The notes: generated from the letters alone by a model not told the origin. A stretch of DNA of 64,000 nt from Candidatus Ratteibacteria bacterium (GCA_041653615.1 JBAZEZ010000001.1:14041-78040); one strand, 5' to 3'; shown: positions 35,118-45,745, counted from the stretch's first letter. Translations and numbers: made by a program.

Positions 35118-36045
35118 TACGGAACCCTCCCCCCGGAAGCATTCGATAAACCTTAAGCAGATGCTCGATACCCTCATCCAGCGAGCGGCAGGCAACAAAC
35201 CCTGCGTGATTTATCTTTTCGTTGGACACGATGTAATTCCGCTTATCCGGGTCAGAGCCGATTTCGGCATAATGAATATACAGCGAAGGCACATGTTCCT
35301 TAATCTTTAAAGCAAGTTCCTTTTTCGAAAGATTGGCTTCATTCAAACCAACGTTATAAACCTCGTCCTTCATTTCGTCAAAATGCTCCAGGCAAAAACA
35401 AAAACATTCCGCCACGTCTTCTATGTGAACGTAGTTACGTTTAAAATCTTTCTCGTAAATCACCAAAAAACCGTCGGTCGCGGCCCGGTACACAAAATCG
35501 TTAACCAGCAAGTCCAGTCGCATCCGCGGAGACGGACCGAATACCGTCGCCAGACGCAAAGAAATCGCACCGGGTTTACCCATCAGTTCCTGTTCCGCTT
35601 TGACCTTTGTTTCCCCGTAAAGCGATACCGGTTCCAAAGAAGTTTTCTCCGTACAATAAACGTCTCCGGATTTGGTGCCGTAACCGCTGTTGGTGCAAGG
35701 AAAAATCACCTTTTGGCGAGAACCGCGCAAACGGTTAAGTAAGGTAATCGCGTCAAGGTTTACGGACCGGGCCATTAAAGGGTCGCGGTCGCACGCCTTG
35801 GCTCCGACAATGGCTGCCAGCGGAAAAACCGCATCGTGCGTCTTCACCAGTTCCCGCATCAACGGTTCATCTCTCACGTCACCCGGAATAAACTCGAATT
35901 TGTCGTGTCGGCAATACTGTAAAAGACTTGTTTGGCCGTAAAACAGACTGTCAAGCACGGTAACGCAGTGTCCCCGATTTAACAAATGCCCGACCAGCAC
36001 CGAACCGATGTAACCCGCGCCACCGGTAACCAGTATTTTTTCCAT
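35110..36045 (-). CDS. NAD-dependent epimerase/dehydratase
   Basis: ILVTGGAGYIGSVLVGHLL and YGETKVKAE (YxxxK). Confidence 0.8.
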   Translation of the reverse strand: MEKILVTGGAGYIGSVLVGHLLNRGHCVTVLDSLFYGQTSLLQYCRHDKFEFIPGDVRDEPLMRELVKTHDAVFPLAAIVGAKACDRDPLMARSVNLDAITLLNRLRGSRQKVIFPCTNSGYGTKSGDVYCTEKTSLEPVSLYGETKVKAEQELMGKPGAISLRLATVFGPSPRMRLDLLVNDFVYRAATDGFLVIYEKDFKRNYVHIEDVAECFCFCLEHFDEMKDEVYNVGLNEANLSKKELALKIKEHVPSLYIHYAEIGSDPDKRNYIVSNEKINHAGFVACRSLDEGIEHLLKVYRMLPGGGFRNA

Positions 36046-36048
36046 TTT

Positions 36049-37095
36049 TCAGATTACCTCCATCAAAAATCTCTTAAGCCAAATCTTGAGCCGCCGACGC
36101 ACGACCAAAGGAAGCAATTTACGGGCGACAGCCTTAACCAGTGAAGTATATTTAAAATGCGCCCCGTTCCCTTCCAAAACGCTCACCAAATTAACCATCC
36201 GCCCTGTTTCCTTGTCGCGCAGCAATCCCTTATTCCTACCTGCCTGCAACACTTCAATGGCAAAATCAGGGAATCCAAAAACTTCCGCCAGGCTTGACAA
36301 CTTCAAAACCCTGAGACGGTCCGCCTCCACAGGAATGTATCCGGGGGCAGCCATCCTGGCGGGAAGATCGAGAAAGTAGAGCGCTTGCGCCCAGATCAAC
36401 TGGCCGGCCCCATACCAACCCTTAGAGTCTTTAGTGGCCAGAGTTTTCCTGACCCACTTTTCCGGTTGAAGGTCAAAGAGAATAAACCCAAATTGGCGTA
36501 AATACCGGTCTATATCTCCGAACAAAGGTCTTCCGGTATGATACGGGTGGAAAAAAACTTCAACACTCAACCCTAAAAGCGATTCGGAAAGTAAATTCTT
36601 GGCACCTTCAAAAAGTGCGAGTTCCGCGCCTTCAACATCAACCTTCATAAAATCAAGGTGTCCTATCTCATTTTCCTTTAAAAAAGAGTCGATATCCGTG
36701 GTCTTAATTTGAGCGCTCCCCACAATTGCCCCGGGGGAATCGTGCGGGAACCGGGACACAAAATCCTGGTTAATCGGAAAGAGCGAACTTGCCACCTTAT
36801 TTTGAGAAATATGCAGAGTGTAAACACCTTTATCCCGATAAAGAGCGATGGGATAATATTCTTCCTTACGTTTCGCCGGCGTATTTTTTTTCGCCAACCG
36901 GTTCAGTCGCTTACACTCTTCCGCGTCCGGCTCGAAACCGATCAAATGAAGCTGGTTGCCGTAAACATCCCAACAGGATTCAGCCCCCCCGCCGGCGCCC
37001 GCATCGGCCACCCTCATCGGTTCTCCTGAAAAAACGCCTGAATCCAGCAAATGCCGGGTGAAACAATGATTTGATACATTACAAGAATTATTCAT
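36049..37095 (-). CDS. FkbM-family methyltransferase
   Basis: VADAGAGGGAE...IGFEPD...FMKVDVEGAELALFEGAK is the FkbM signature. Confidence 0.75.
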   Translation of the reverse strand: MNNSCNVSNHCFTRHLLDSGVFSGEPMRVADAGAGGGAESCWDVYGNQLHLIGFEPDAEECKRLNRLAKKNTPAKRKEEYYPIALYRDKGVYTLHISQNKVASSLFPINQDFVSRFPHDSPGAIVGSAQIKTTDIDSFLKENEIGHLDFMKVDVEGAELALFEGAKNLLSESLLGLSVEVFFHPYHTGRPLFGDIDRYLRQFGFILFDLQPEKWVRKTLATKDSKGWYGAGQLIWAQALYFLDLPARMAAPGYIPVEADRLRVLKLSSLAEVFGFPDFAIEVLQAGRNKGLLRDKETGRMVNLVSVLEGNGAHFKYTSLVKAVARKLLPLVVRRRLKIWLKRFLMEVI

Positions 37096-37107
37096 AATAA
37101 TTAAATT

Positions 37108-38037
37108 CTATTCGGGTAATTTCATCAGAACTTTCCAAATTGAACGAACCATCCTGATTACTTTTTCTCGCAAAACTTTCCAAATGAATAACGGGGATAA
37201 AAGAGAGATATATTTTGGATTTTTGATAATAGTCAATAATACATCGGGGTGGAGTTGTAAGAAAACCGTACTTTTTTTAAAAAATGGGAAAATATCTTCA
37301 TATTCTTTTTGAGTCAACAAGTTAAGCAAATTTGTAAAAACTTCGTCCTTTTCCTTACCTATTTTCACACCGGATGCCGAATATGACGCAGCAGACACTC
37401 TCATTGATGCCAATGGTTCAGGGATATAACATATTCCGCATCTGAACGCAACAACAATAGAAACAAACCAATCGCAATACCATTTTAATTGAGGAAGATA
37501 CCCCCCGGATTTAATAAGAGCGGAGGTTTTAACTATTGAAGTATGTCCCGCAATCCAGAATGGCGTATTTTTAAATAAATTAACAAGCGTATCCGGATTC
37601 AAATAGCCTTCTTTTATGTTTTTTGATAGCCGGTTATGTATTACGGCGTCATTGTCGTAACGGAAAAATACCGGGTCCGAACAACACAATCCGGCTTGAG
37701 GATATCGCGCGAGTAATTTCATTGATTTCTCAAAAAATCCGGGCAGCACCTTATCGTCCGCCGCAGCCGAATAAACATACTCACCCTTGGGTAGTTCAGT
37801 AAGATATCTTAAATTATATTGAACCCCCATATTTTTTTCGTGTTTTATCAAACGCATACACGGTTCTCGTTTAATAAAATCCTCTATGATTTTCACGCTG
37901 TCGTCTGTTGAACCATCATCAATTACAATTATCTCCAACGGTTTAAAAAACTGACCAATAATACCTTCCAACGCCCCCCCAATATATTTGCCGTGATTAT
38001 AATTGGTCAGAATAACCGAAAGAGTAGACGTCTTCAT
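37108..38037 (-). CDS. GT2 glycosyltransferase
   Basis: LSVILTNYNHGKYI...IVIDDGSTDDS...AADD. Confidence 0.8.
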   Translation of the reverse strand: MKTSTLSVILTNYNHGKYIGGALEGIIGQFFKPLEIIVIDDGSTDDSVKIIEDFIKREPCMRLIKHEKNMGVQYNLRYLTELPKGEYVYSAAADDKVLPGFFEKSMKLLARYPQAGLCCSDPVFFRYDNDAVIHNRLSKNIKEGYLNPDTLVNLFKNTPFWIAGHTSIVKTSALIKSGGYLPQLKWYCDWFVSIVVAFRCGICYIPEPLASMRVSAASYSASGVKIGKEKDEVFTNLLNLLTQKEYEDIFPFFKKSTVFLQLHPDVLLTIIKNPKYISLLSPLFIWKVLREKVIRMVRSIWKVLMKLPE

Positions 38038-39107
38038 GAATTAGCCTCTGCCCTGCCTTCCTCGTTCAACATTTTTATCAATACCCGTCCAACAATCTCC
38101 TTTCCGGCCAATTCCTTAAAGGCCAAATTAATATCGCTAATACAATACTCACTTGCAACCAATAAATCAATCCTTAGTTTCTTATTTAAATATAAACCTG
38201 CATATTCCGGGACATCCCGGTCTGGACGGGTCTCACCACCCCAGGTTCCTACAATCCGCTTGCCTTTGATTAAGTCAAAGGGATTAATTGAAATATTTTC
38301 ACCATAAGACAGATTGCCGGCTACAACACACAATCCACCCTGGTCACGTATCGATTTAAAGGCGGTTTCCATCGACTCTTTTACCCCCGCGCATTCTATC
38401 GCGTAATCAACTCCCCGCTTATCAGTAATTCTTAATATCTCTGTTAATACATCCTGTTTTTTTGCATTTATTACATGTGTAGCGCCCAATCGCAAAGCAT
38501 CATAAAGTTTGTGGTCAAAAATATCAACCGCTATAATACGGAATGCCTGTTTTAATTTAGCCGCCAATAAAACACTTAAACCTATGCCACCTACGCCAAA
38601 AATAGCAACCGTATCTCCCTTGGAAAGCTTCACTGTATTCATAATAATACCTGCGCCGGTAGGAATAGCGCAACCAAGAAGTGCGGCTTCCCGCAAAGGC
38701 ATTTCATCTGAAATTTTAACCAGCCGGTTTTCGGAAATAACCGCTTTTGTTAAAAAAGTAGCAATGGCACCGGAATTTACAATCGAGCCATCACTTTTTT
38801 TATATAACGTAGAAGGCACCTCGGCACCTTTGCCTTTAATCCAGGTTAATACCGCATGGTCACCCACCTTAACCTTCTTAACTCCTTCTCCAACCTTTTC
38901 TACAATTCCTGAACCTTCATGCCCCAAAGTATGGGGCAAAAACTTATCTTCCCCTTTTAACCCGCGTATTTCGTTCAATTGGGAACGGCATACCCCGCTG
39001 TAGGCAATTTTAACCAGAACCTGGCCCGGCTTTAAATCAGGCACGGTAAGTTCTTCAATTTTCAAAAGTCCGTTCTGTTTGTATAGTACTGCCGCCCATG
39101 ATTTCAT
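38034..39107 (-). CDS. zinc-dependent medium-chain alcohol/polyol dehydrogenase
   Basis: GVCRSQLNEIRG...GHEGSG and the GxGxxG NAD fold (IFGVGGIGLSVL). Confidence 0.8.
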   Translation of the reverse strand: MKSWAAVLYKQNGLLKIEELTVPDLKPGQVLVKIAYSGVCRSQLNEIRGLKGEDKFLPHTLGHEGSGIVEKVGEGVKKVKVGDHAVLTWIKGKGAEVPSTLYKKSDGSIVNSGAIATFLTKAVISENRLVKISDEMPLREAALLGCAIPTGAGIIMNTVKLSKGDTVAIFGVGGIGLSVLLAAKLKQAFRIIAVDIFDHKLYDALRLGATHVINAKKQDVLTEILRITDKRGVDYAIECAGVKESMETAFKSIRDQGGLCVVAGNLSYGENISINPFDLIKGKRIVGTWGGETRPDRDVPEYAGLYLNKKLRIDLLVASEYCISDINLAFKELAGKEIVGRVLIKMLNEEGRAEANS

Positions 39108-39129
39108 TTTCGTTTATTTTCCGAAAAAC

Positions 39130-40587
39130 TCAAGCCACAACATTGATTCCTAATTTACGTCTTGTGTCTTTCCGCCATTTTTCCAGTTCATCTAAACTAA
39201 TGCCTTGTATCCTGGCGATGTTTTCTTTTCTTTCCGACGTTCTAAAATTTATCCTGTCCCATTCAAAAGCGCGCAAAATCTCCAACTCTATCGGTGAAAA
39301 TTCTTCCGTTGATATCATTCCGTGGGTATACCCGACATTACCAAACTCCTCCATGAAATTTTTGGGCAAATATCCTTTCGCGATGCATGTTTCCATTAAT
39401 TCCGTATTCGGTAAAGGAGTCGCGATGTGAAAATTGACCAGGTCAACCTCAAGTTTATCGGCATAAGCAAATGTATCCCTTATCTGCTCCCACGTTTCAC
39501 CGGGGAATCCTACGACAAAATTAGCTATAATCTCAAAACCTTTCTTCTTTGCCAAAGACAGGATACCCGGCGTCTTCTTCAAATTTACCGGTTTTTTTAT
39601 TATTTTATCGAGTACCTGCTGATTACCCGATTCGATCGAAACCGTAATCTGGTAACTACCGCTTTCCTTCATGGAATCAAGCACCTCTTCATCCAGTAAG
39701 AAAACCGTCAGGTTACCGCATTTCCAAAGAAGGTCGTATTTACGTTCAATGAGTCCCTTCATAATATCTATCGCGCGTTTGCGATTAAAAAGAAAATGGT
39801 CATCCAAAAAATTAATTTCTTTTATGCCTTTTTTATACAATTCATCCACTTCCCGTAAAACATTCTCGGCGCTTCGCATCCGGACTTTTTTCCCGCTGAT
39901 TCTCGGTCCGGAACAAAAAATACATCTGTACGGACACCCTCTTGATGTTATCGTTACCGCATAAGGGTACACCTTAGCGCACAAACCCTGAGCATATTTT
40001 AAATGCTGGCTCCCATAATCCAGCAGATTCAGGTTCCCGTAATCAGCGAACGGAATAGAGTCCAGATCATCGATATAACCGGCCGGTCTGGATATCCGAG
40101 ACTCGTTATTTTCAAAAAACGCCAATCCTTTAATATCAGATAAATCAGGACTAGGTTTACCGAGTTTTTTCAATAATTCTAAAAAAGATACCTCGCCTTC
40201 GCCGATTATCCAGTAATCAACGTTTTTGTCCTTCATGGCAGCCGTGATTGCTACCGTCGGCAACACTCCCCCTTCTACTATAATGGTCCCGGGTAAAGCC
40301 TGCCTAACCAGAGCGGTCATATGTTCAACGCTTTTTATGTATTCCGTCGAACACGTACTGACACCAACCACATCAGGTTTAAAATCTCTGACCGCACTAA
40401 TGATTTCTCCGTCGGTTAAATTCGCAAAATTAGGATCGAGAAGCAGGGTTTCGAAATCATTCTTGATTGAGGCGTTTATGATTCCCAAAGAATACGGATA
40501 CATTTTCCATGTTCGTTTGCCAAGTAAAGCATAGTTCGGCTGTGTTAACATTACTTTTCCAACCTTATTCTTTTTAATGTTTCCCAT
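39130..40587 (-). CDS. B12-binding-domain radical SAM enzyme (class B radical SAM, probable C-methyltransferase)
   Basis: N-terminal cobalamin-binding domain (DVVGVSTCST...) followed by a radical SAM core with CPYRCIFC. Start taken at an internal Met. The longer ORF from 40659 overlaps the upstream gene. Confidence 0.7.
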   Translation of the reverse strand: MGNIKKNKVGKVMLTQPNYALLGKRTWKMYPYSLGIINASIKNDFETLLLDPNFANLTDGEIISAVRDFKPDVVGVSTCSTEYIKSVEHMTALVRQALPGTIIVEGGVLPTVAITAAMKDKNVDYWIIGEGEVSFLELLKKLGKPSPDLSDIKGLAFFENNESRISRPAGYIDDLDSIPFADYGNLNLLDYGSQHLKYAQGLCAKVYPYAVTITSRGCPYRCIFCSGPRISGKKVRMRSAENVLREVDELYKKGIKEINFLDDHFLFNRKRAIDIMKGLIERKYDLLWKCGNLTVFLLDEEVLDSMKESGSYQITVSIESGNQQVLDKIIKKPVNLKKTPGILSLAKKKGFEIIANFVVGFPGETWEQIRDTFAYADKLEVDLVNFHIATPLPNTELMETCIAKGYLPKNFMEEFGNVGYTHGMISTEEFSPIELEILRAFEWDRINFRTSERKENIARIQGISLDELEKWRKDTRRKLGINVVA

Positions 40588-40588
40588 T

Positions 40589-41245
40589 TTAGTTTGCGAT
40601 AAACCACCAATAGTCTCCGGTATAACCCACCTCAGCAAAAAGTTTTTTCCAGTCATCAACGTGCATCATCGTCTCCGCAGTCAAAACCCATTTAAAAAGA
40701 TTTTCCCACTCTTTTTCGTTATGCCAGGCATCAACCGTGATGTAACTACTACCACGGCAGACCCGTTGTATCTCCCTCAGGGCGGTCTTGAGTCGATCAA
40801 CCGGCAGGTTGTGGATTGAGTTAATGGAAACAACAAGGTCAAAGGACTTGTCGGAATAAGGTAATTTTTCAGCGCTGGCAATCTTTAAAAATGGCTTAAC
40901 TGAAGGCATGGCGTTTTCAATCACGTATTCACTGACATCTATCCCGGCTATAGTTGCCCCGGGCATAAATTCTTTGAAATCATAAAGCATGAACCCCTTT
41001 CCGCATCCAATATCCAGAATAGCGGAATTATCCGCAAGTTTATAATAATCTTTCATCCGTTTTACAACGGATTTCCAGCGGCCGTCATATTTATATCCGC
41101 CGTAACCACATTTTCTATCCCCGTCAAAAAACTCTTTGCCGAATTGTTTCGCAATGCGGATAACCTCCGGAGTTTTCTCCAGCGCCCGTTTATCATAATC
41201 GCGGACGGTTTTCGGGTGCGCGTCAAGAAAATTGACCTCAGCCAT
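40589..41245 (-). CDS. class I SAM-dependent methyltransferase
   Basis: ILDIGCGKGFMLYDF is motif I. Confidence 0.75.
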   Translation of the reverse strand: MAEVNFLDAHPKTVRDYDKRALEKTPEVIRIAKQFGKEFFDGDRKCGYGGYKYDGRWKSVVKRMKDYYKLADNSAILDIGCGKGFMLYDFKEFMPGATIAGIDVSEYVIENAMPSVKPFLKIASAEKLPYSDKSFDLVVSINSIHNLPVDRLKTALREIQRVCRGSSYITVDAWHNEKEWENLFKWVLTAETMMHVDDWKKLFAEVGYTGDYWWFIAN

Positions 41246-41274
41246 GCTTTTCCTCCCACAAATTTATTTTCTGC

Positions 41275-41955
41275 TCACTTCCCATCTACGCCGATTCCTA
41301 TCAAATAATGAGCCATGGGATAAAACCCGAGGTGAATCATTTCGTCGTTCATCGAAAACACAAATGCGTTGTGGAAATATTTCAGCAGCAATGCCTTTAA
41401 ATCGGAACCGGTTTTACAGTTTACATGCCCCGCCTCACTCCATTCCAAGGCATACTTTTGTGATTCGATAGAAGGAGTGCCGAGTATGCAAATTCCTTTA
41501 GGTTTTAAAGATTTACAAATATTTTCCATAAAACTATTTTCCGCATTTTTGTTTATGTGCTCAATTACATCAAGGGCGTATACGGCGTCAAATTGCCCAT
41601 CAACCGTATCAATGGTAAAATCCACCACTTTAAAAGAACAGTTTTCCCGGCCTTCTTGTAACTTCGCGGCAAATTCGATAAACAGCGGGTCAAAATCAAC
41701 GCCCATAACAGACTTAACCTCTTGCAGAACTATATCAATGGCAAACGCATCTCCGCAACCAACTTCCAATACGTTCTTTTTACCGGATAAAAGTTTAGCC
41801 ACTATTTTATACCTGGCCAATAAAAATGAAAGGTGCCTCGGATCCGAACGCCACAAATGACTGGTAGTCGGCCCCAGGCACACCGGACCCTTTGTTTTAT
41901 ATGCATCAAACTGAATTTGATACTGGGGTTCCTTTGGTCTCTTTTCTGGTCCCAT
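41275..41955 (-). CDS. class I SAM-dependent methyltransferase
   Basis: VLEVGCGDAFAIDIV is motif I. Confidence 0.75.
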   Translation of the reverse strand: MGPEKRPKEPQYQIQFDAYKTKGPVCLGPTTSHLWRSDPRHLSFLLARYKIVAKLLSGKKNVLEVGCGDAFAIDIVLQEVKSVMGVDFDPLFIEFAAKLQEGRENCSFKVVDFTIDTVDGQFDAVYALDVIEHINKNAENSFMENICKSLKPKGICILGTPSIESQKYALEWSEAGHVNCKTGSDLKALLLKYFHNAFVFSMNDEMIHLGFYPMAHYLIGIGVDGK

Positions 41956-42713
41956 TACAATATCCCTCCATCAACTGGAATAATCGCACCTGCGCAAAAA
42001 GAAGCTGATTCGGAACATAAGAAAACAACAATATCGCTTATTTCTTCCGGTTTAGCAAAACGCTTAATTGCAATCTTTTCTTCTAAAAATCTTTTGACGG
42101 ACTCCGGGTTTTCCTCCAAACGCGTGTCCCAATCCCCTCCTTCAGTCAATATTGCGCCAGGCATAACAGCGGTAACTATTACGCCATCCGAAGCGACCGC
42201 ACAACCCATCCCTCTGACATAGGCATTTAATGCCGCTTTGGCAGTGACATACGGCAACGAAGCGATTCCCCTGACCGCCGCAGCAGAGGATACATGAACA
42301 ACTCTACCCCATTTCCGTTGTTGCATACCCGGTATAATCAACCGGTTTAACTCTATGGCAATTTCTAAATTAAGCCTCGCGACCTTTCTCCAGTCTTCAA
42401 TCCCGCTAAATGGGTCTCGAATCCCTAATGTGCCGCCAACATTGTGAACAACAATATCCGGCGGACCAAACTCACCGGTCAGTTTTTTGAATACCCGCTC
42501 CGGAGACGTTTCCAACATTAAATCCGCCGAAAAAGAATAATGTCCGCGTAACACACCTCCCATTTCATTTACCACTGAAGCAACCTCGTCTTCGGTCCTA
42601 GATAATACGGCAACATTAGTCCCTTCCTCCGCCAATCTTAAAGATATGCAGCGTCCTAATCCCCTGCCCCCTCCAACGACTAAGGCCCTTTTATCTTTTA
42701 TGCGTAAATCCAT
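41955..42713 (-). CDS. short-chain dehydrogenase/reductase (SDR)
   Basis: ALVVGGGRGLGRCISLRLAEEG...YVTAKAAL (YxxxK). Confidence 0.85.
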   Translation of the reverse strand: MDLRIKDKRALVVGGGRGLGRCISLRLAEEGTNVAVLSRTEDEVASVVNEMGGVLRGHYSFSADLMLETSPERVFKKLTGEFGPPDIVVHNVGGTLGIRDPFSGIEDWRKVARLNLEIAIELNRLIIPGMQQRKWGRVVHVSSAAAVRGIASLPYVTAKAALNAYVRGMGCAVASDGVIVTAVMPGAILTEGGDWDTRLEENPESVKRFLEEKIAIKRFAKPEEISDIVVFLCSESASFCAGAIIPVDGGIL

Positions 42714-42738
42714 TAAATATCCCCCTAATCGACCCTAT

Positions 42739-43794
42739 TTAAAACGGCCCCTTAAACCAATCACCCGGAATATCAAGAGATATATCTTTTATGCCAGAAA
42801 CAATCTTTTTTTTAGGCATCCCCAACATTTGCCTGACAACAGCAACAATATTGATTGCCCGGGGATAGTAGTAACGAGACAACTCCGGACTGGTGGGGGT
42901 GGGACAATCAGGCAGCGCCACCCGTACCGGCGGAGACTTAAGGTCCGCCAGCGCTTCTTCGGCGACCCGGGCAATAATTTCCGCGCCGACCCCAAAAGAC
43001 TTCCATCCGGTATCGGCCACAATCAAACGACCGGTTTTGCGTACCGAATCCAGAATCAAACTATCATCCAGCGGTTTGAGAGTGCGGATATCTATAATTT
43101 CCGCATGAATTCCCGACCCGGCCAAGATCTCCGCGGCCCGGAACGCCTCTAAAACCATATAAGAAGTTGCGACAATTGTCAGGTCTGTCCCTTTCCTAAC
43201 TACTTTGGCTTTCCCCAAAGGGACGCGGTAAAATTTTTCCGGGACCGGTCCGGTAATATTATACAGCCACCGGTGTTCAATGAAAATTACCGGGTTATTA
43301 TCTTCAATGCTGGATATAAGCAACCCTTTGGCGTCATACGGCGTAACGGGCATAACCACTTTAAGGCCCGGAACATGGGCAAACCAGGCCTGCAGGCTCT
43401 GAGAGTGTTGCGGACCCTGCCCCCAACCCCGGCCGATGAGCATACGGATTACTAACGGAACGCTCCTCTTACCGCCGAACATATAATGCCATTTGGCGGC
43501 CTGATTAACAATCTGCTCTATGGATAGCAGGGCAAAATCAATGCGCTGATGAGTCATGATTGGCCGCATTCCCACCAGGGCCGACCCGATTACCACGCCG
43601 GTCATGCCATTCTCGGATGCCGGCATATCCATAACCCGGTCACTCCCGTACTTATCTTGCAAACCTAACGTAGTGCCGAAGATACCCTTCGGGTCGGGAA
43701 CTCCCAAACCCATGGTATAAACAGCCTTGTCCCTGGCCATGGATTGGTCGGTTGCCTCGTTGACGGCTTGGAAAAATTTAAGTTCTCTGCTCAT
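42739..43794 (-). CDS. ThDP-dependent 2-oxoacid dehydrogenase E1 component, beta subunit-like
   Basis: Full-length match to pyruvate/acetoin dehydrogenase E1-beta (transketolase-like Pyr and C-terminal domains). Overlaps the alpha-subunit gene by 4 nt. Confidence 0.85.
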   Translation of the reverse strand: MSRELKFFQAVNEATDQSMARDKAVYTMGLGVPDPKGIFGTTLGLQDKYGSDRVMDMPASENGMTGVVIGSALVGMRPIMTHQRIDFALLSIEQIVNQAAKWHYMFGGKRSVPLVIRMLIGRGWGQGPQHSQSLQAWFAHVPGLKVVMPVTPYDAKGLLISSIEDNNPVIFIEHRWLYNITGPVPEKFYRVPLGKAKVVRKGTDLTIVATSYMVLEAFRAAEILAGSGIHAEIIDIRTLKPLDDSLILDSVRKTGRLIVADTGWKSFGVGAEIIARVAEEALADLKSPPVRVALPDCPTPTSPELSRYYYPRAINIVAVVRQMLGMPKKKIVSGIKDISLDIPGDWFKGPF

Positions 43795-44756
43795 GCATAA
43801 ATATTTTCCATTAAAAGAGACTTTTCCGGGAAAGGACTTTTCCGGGCAAACGCTATCGCTTCCTCTATCTCTTTTTGTATTTTTTCAGACATACCTTCTG
43901 TGTCCCGTATATTAAAAATACCTTCCTTCACCAGATGTTTTTTCAACTTTTCAACCGGACAGCGCTTTTTCCAACTCTGAAACTCGGCTTCAGTACGATA
44001 GCCCAAATCATTATCATAGTTTGGACCGCAGTGCTCACGCCAGCGATATGTCTTGAACTCCAAAAAAGTAGGACCGCCACCCTGTTGAGCCCTGCGCACA
44101 GCAGATTCCGCCAAACCGCAAACTTCGAAAAGATCGTTGCCGTCAGCCTGGAAGCCGGGCGCGCCGTACCCTCTGGCGAGTTTAAATATCTCCCGACGTT
44201 CGGGTTGGCGAACGGAAAGAGGCGAATAGACCGAAAAAAAATTATTCTCACAGATAAATATGACCGGTAATTTTTTGAGTACCGCAAAATTAATACTCTC
44301 GTGAAATACGCCCTCCTCAACCGCCGCTTCGCCAAAAAAGACCGCCGTTACCCGCCGTTCGCCGCGCAGCATCGTTCCGAGGGCGGCTCCAACCGCAATC
44401 GGAATCGTACTGCCGACAACGGGGGTCGCTCCCAGAAACCCCGCCGAAAGGTCAACCAGATGCATCGAACCGCCCTTTCCTTCGGAACAACCGGTTTTCT
44501 TCCCGTAGAGTTCCGCCAGCATCGCTTTAAAATCTCCGCCTTTAGCCAGATAATGGCCGTGTGACCGATGGCCGCTAAAAACATAATCAGCACGGGAAAG
44601 ATTGGCGCAAACACCCACCGCAACCGCCTCCTGCCCGATACAGAGGTGGACCGGACAACGCATCTCCTGTTCCGGATAGAGGTCCGCTATCTTTTCCTCA
44701 ATCATCCGGATGCGCAGCATCCGGTAGAATAATTCTTTAAGAAGTTTCGGAGTCAT
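43791..44756 (-). CDS. ThDP-dependent 2-oxoacid dehydrogenase E1 component, alpha subunit-like
   Basis: ...HLCIGQEAVAVG...GHRSHGHYLAKG...GCSEGKGGSMH... is the ThDP-binding E1-alpha fold. Confidence 0.85.
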   Translation of the reverse strand: MTPKLLKELFYRMLRIRMIEEKIADLYPEQEMRCPVHLCIGQEAVAVGVCANLSRADYVFSGHRSHGHYLAKGGDFKAMLAELYGKKTGCSEGKGGSMHLVDLSAGFLGATPVVGSTIPIAVGAALGTMLRGERRVTAVFFGEAAVEEGVFHESINFAVLKKLPVIFICENNFFSVYSPLSVRQPERREIFKLARGYGAPGFQADGNDLFEVCGLAESAVRRAQQGGGPTFLEFKTYRWREHCGPNYDNDLGYRTEAEFQSWKKRCPVEKLKKHLVKEGIFNIRDTEGMSEKIQKEIEEAIAFARKSPFPEKSLLMENIYA

Positions 44757-45745
44757 GGTTTGTGAATATATTCCAGGGGTTGTTCTTTGAGTACATCCAG
44801 ATTCTTCTTAACCCAGCCGACCGTCTCGGCAATGGTCGTTTCCAGCGAAATAACCGGCTGCCAGCCTAATTCAGTCTTTGCCTTAGTCCAGTCCAGGGTA
44901 TATAAAGCATCCTGGCCTTTTCTCGGGGGTGTTATCTCTACGCTATCTTCAAAAGAAACTTCCAATTGGCGGCAAACTTCCTCTACCAGACTGCGGACCG
45001 TGATATTTCGGCCGGTGGCGAAATGATATGCCTCCCCTATCCGGCCTTTTCGTATCGTCCGGAGTGTTCCTTCGCATACATCCTGAATGTGAATAAAAGA
45101 ACGGACCGCCTTCCCGCCGCCCTCGAGTTTGAGTTTCTTCCCGGTAAGAATATTAAAAATGGTCCGGGGAAGAATACGGTATAACTGCTGGCCCGGACCA
45201 CAGACGTTCGCGGCCCGGGTAAAAACCACCGGAAAGTTATACGTCCGAAAAAATGTCATCAAACTCATATCGCAGGCAGCCCGGGAAACCGCATACGGGG
45301 TGCTGGGGTTACACGGAACGTCTTCCGTAATCATCCTCCGGGTATTACCGTAAACTTCCGGCGTGGAAACATGGACGTACCTTTTCAAAAAAGCGCACTT
45401 GCGCAAACGGTCGTGGAGCTTCACCATTCCCGTAACGTTGGTTAGAAACCAGTCTTCCGGTTTATCCCAACTTTGCGCCACCATGCTCTGGGAAGCAAAA
45501 TTAACAACGTAATCGGGTTGAAATTCCGCCATAACTTCCATAATCTTTTCTAAATCCAGATTGAGGTCCATCTGGTAAAACCGGAAACGGCCGCAAGACG
45601 CCCATTTGTACGGAAGAAAAACCCCGGACGGTTCCGGCGAACGGCTGATACCGATTACCTCCGCCTTATCTTTCAACAAACGAGCCGTAAAATGCGCGCC
45701 GGAAAATGAATTGCTTCCGATAACCGCAAACTTTTCTTTTTTCAT
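44753..45745 (-). CDS. NAD-dependent epimerase/dehydratase, probable NDP-sugar 4,6-dehydratase
   Basis: Extended SDR with an atypical glycine motif (GSNSFSGAHF) and YxxxK (YAVSRAA). Confidence 0.65.
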   Translation of the reverse strand: MKKEKFAVIGSNSFSGAHFTARLLKDKAEVIGISRSPEPSGVFLPYKWASCGRFRFYQMDLNLDLEKIMEVMAEFQPDYVVNFASQSMVAQSWDKPEDWFLTNVTGMVKLHDRLRKCAFLKRYVHVSTPEVYGNTRRMITEDVPCNPSTPYAVSRAACDMSLMTFFRTYNFPVVFTRAANVCGPGQQLYRILPRTIFNILTGKKLKLEGGGKAVRSFIHIQDVCEGTLRTIRKGRIGEAYHFATGRNITVRSLVEEVCRQLEVSFEDSVEITPPRKGQDALYTLDWTKAKTELGWQPVISLETTIAETVGWVKKNLDVLKEQPLEYIHKP

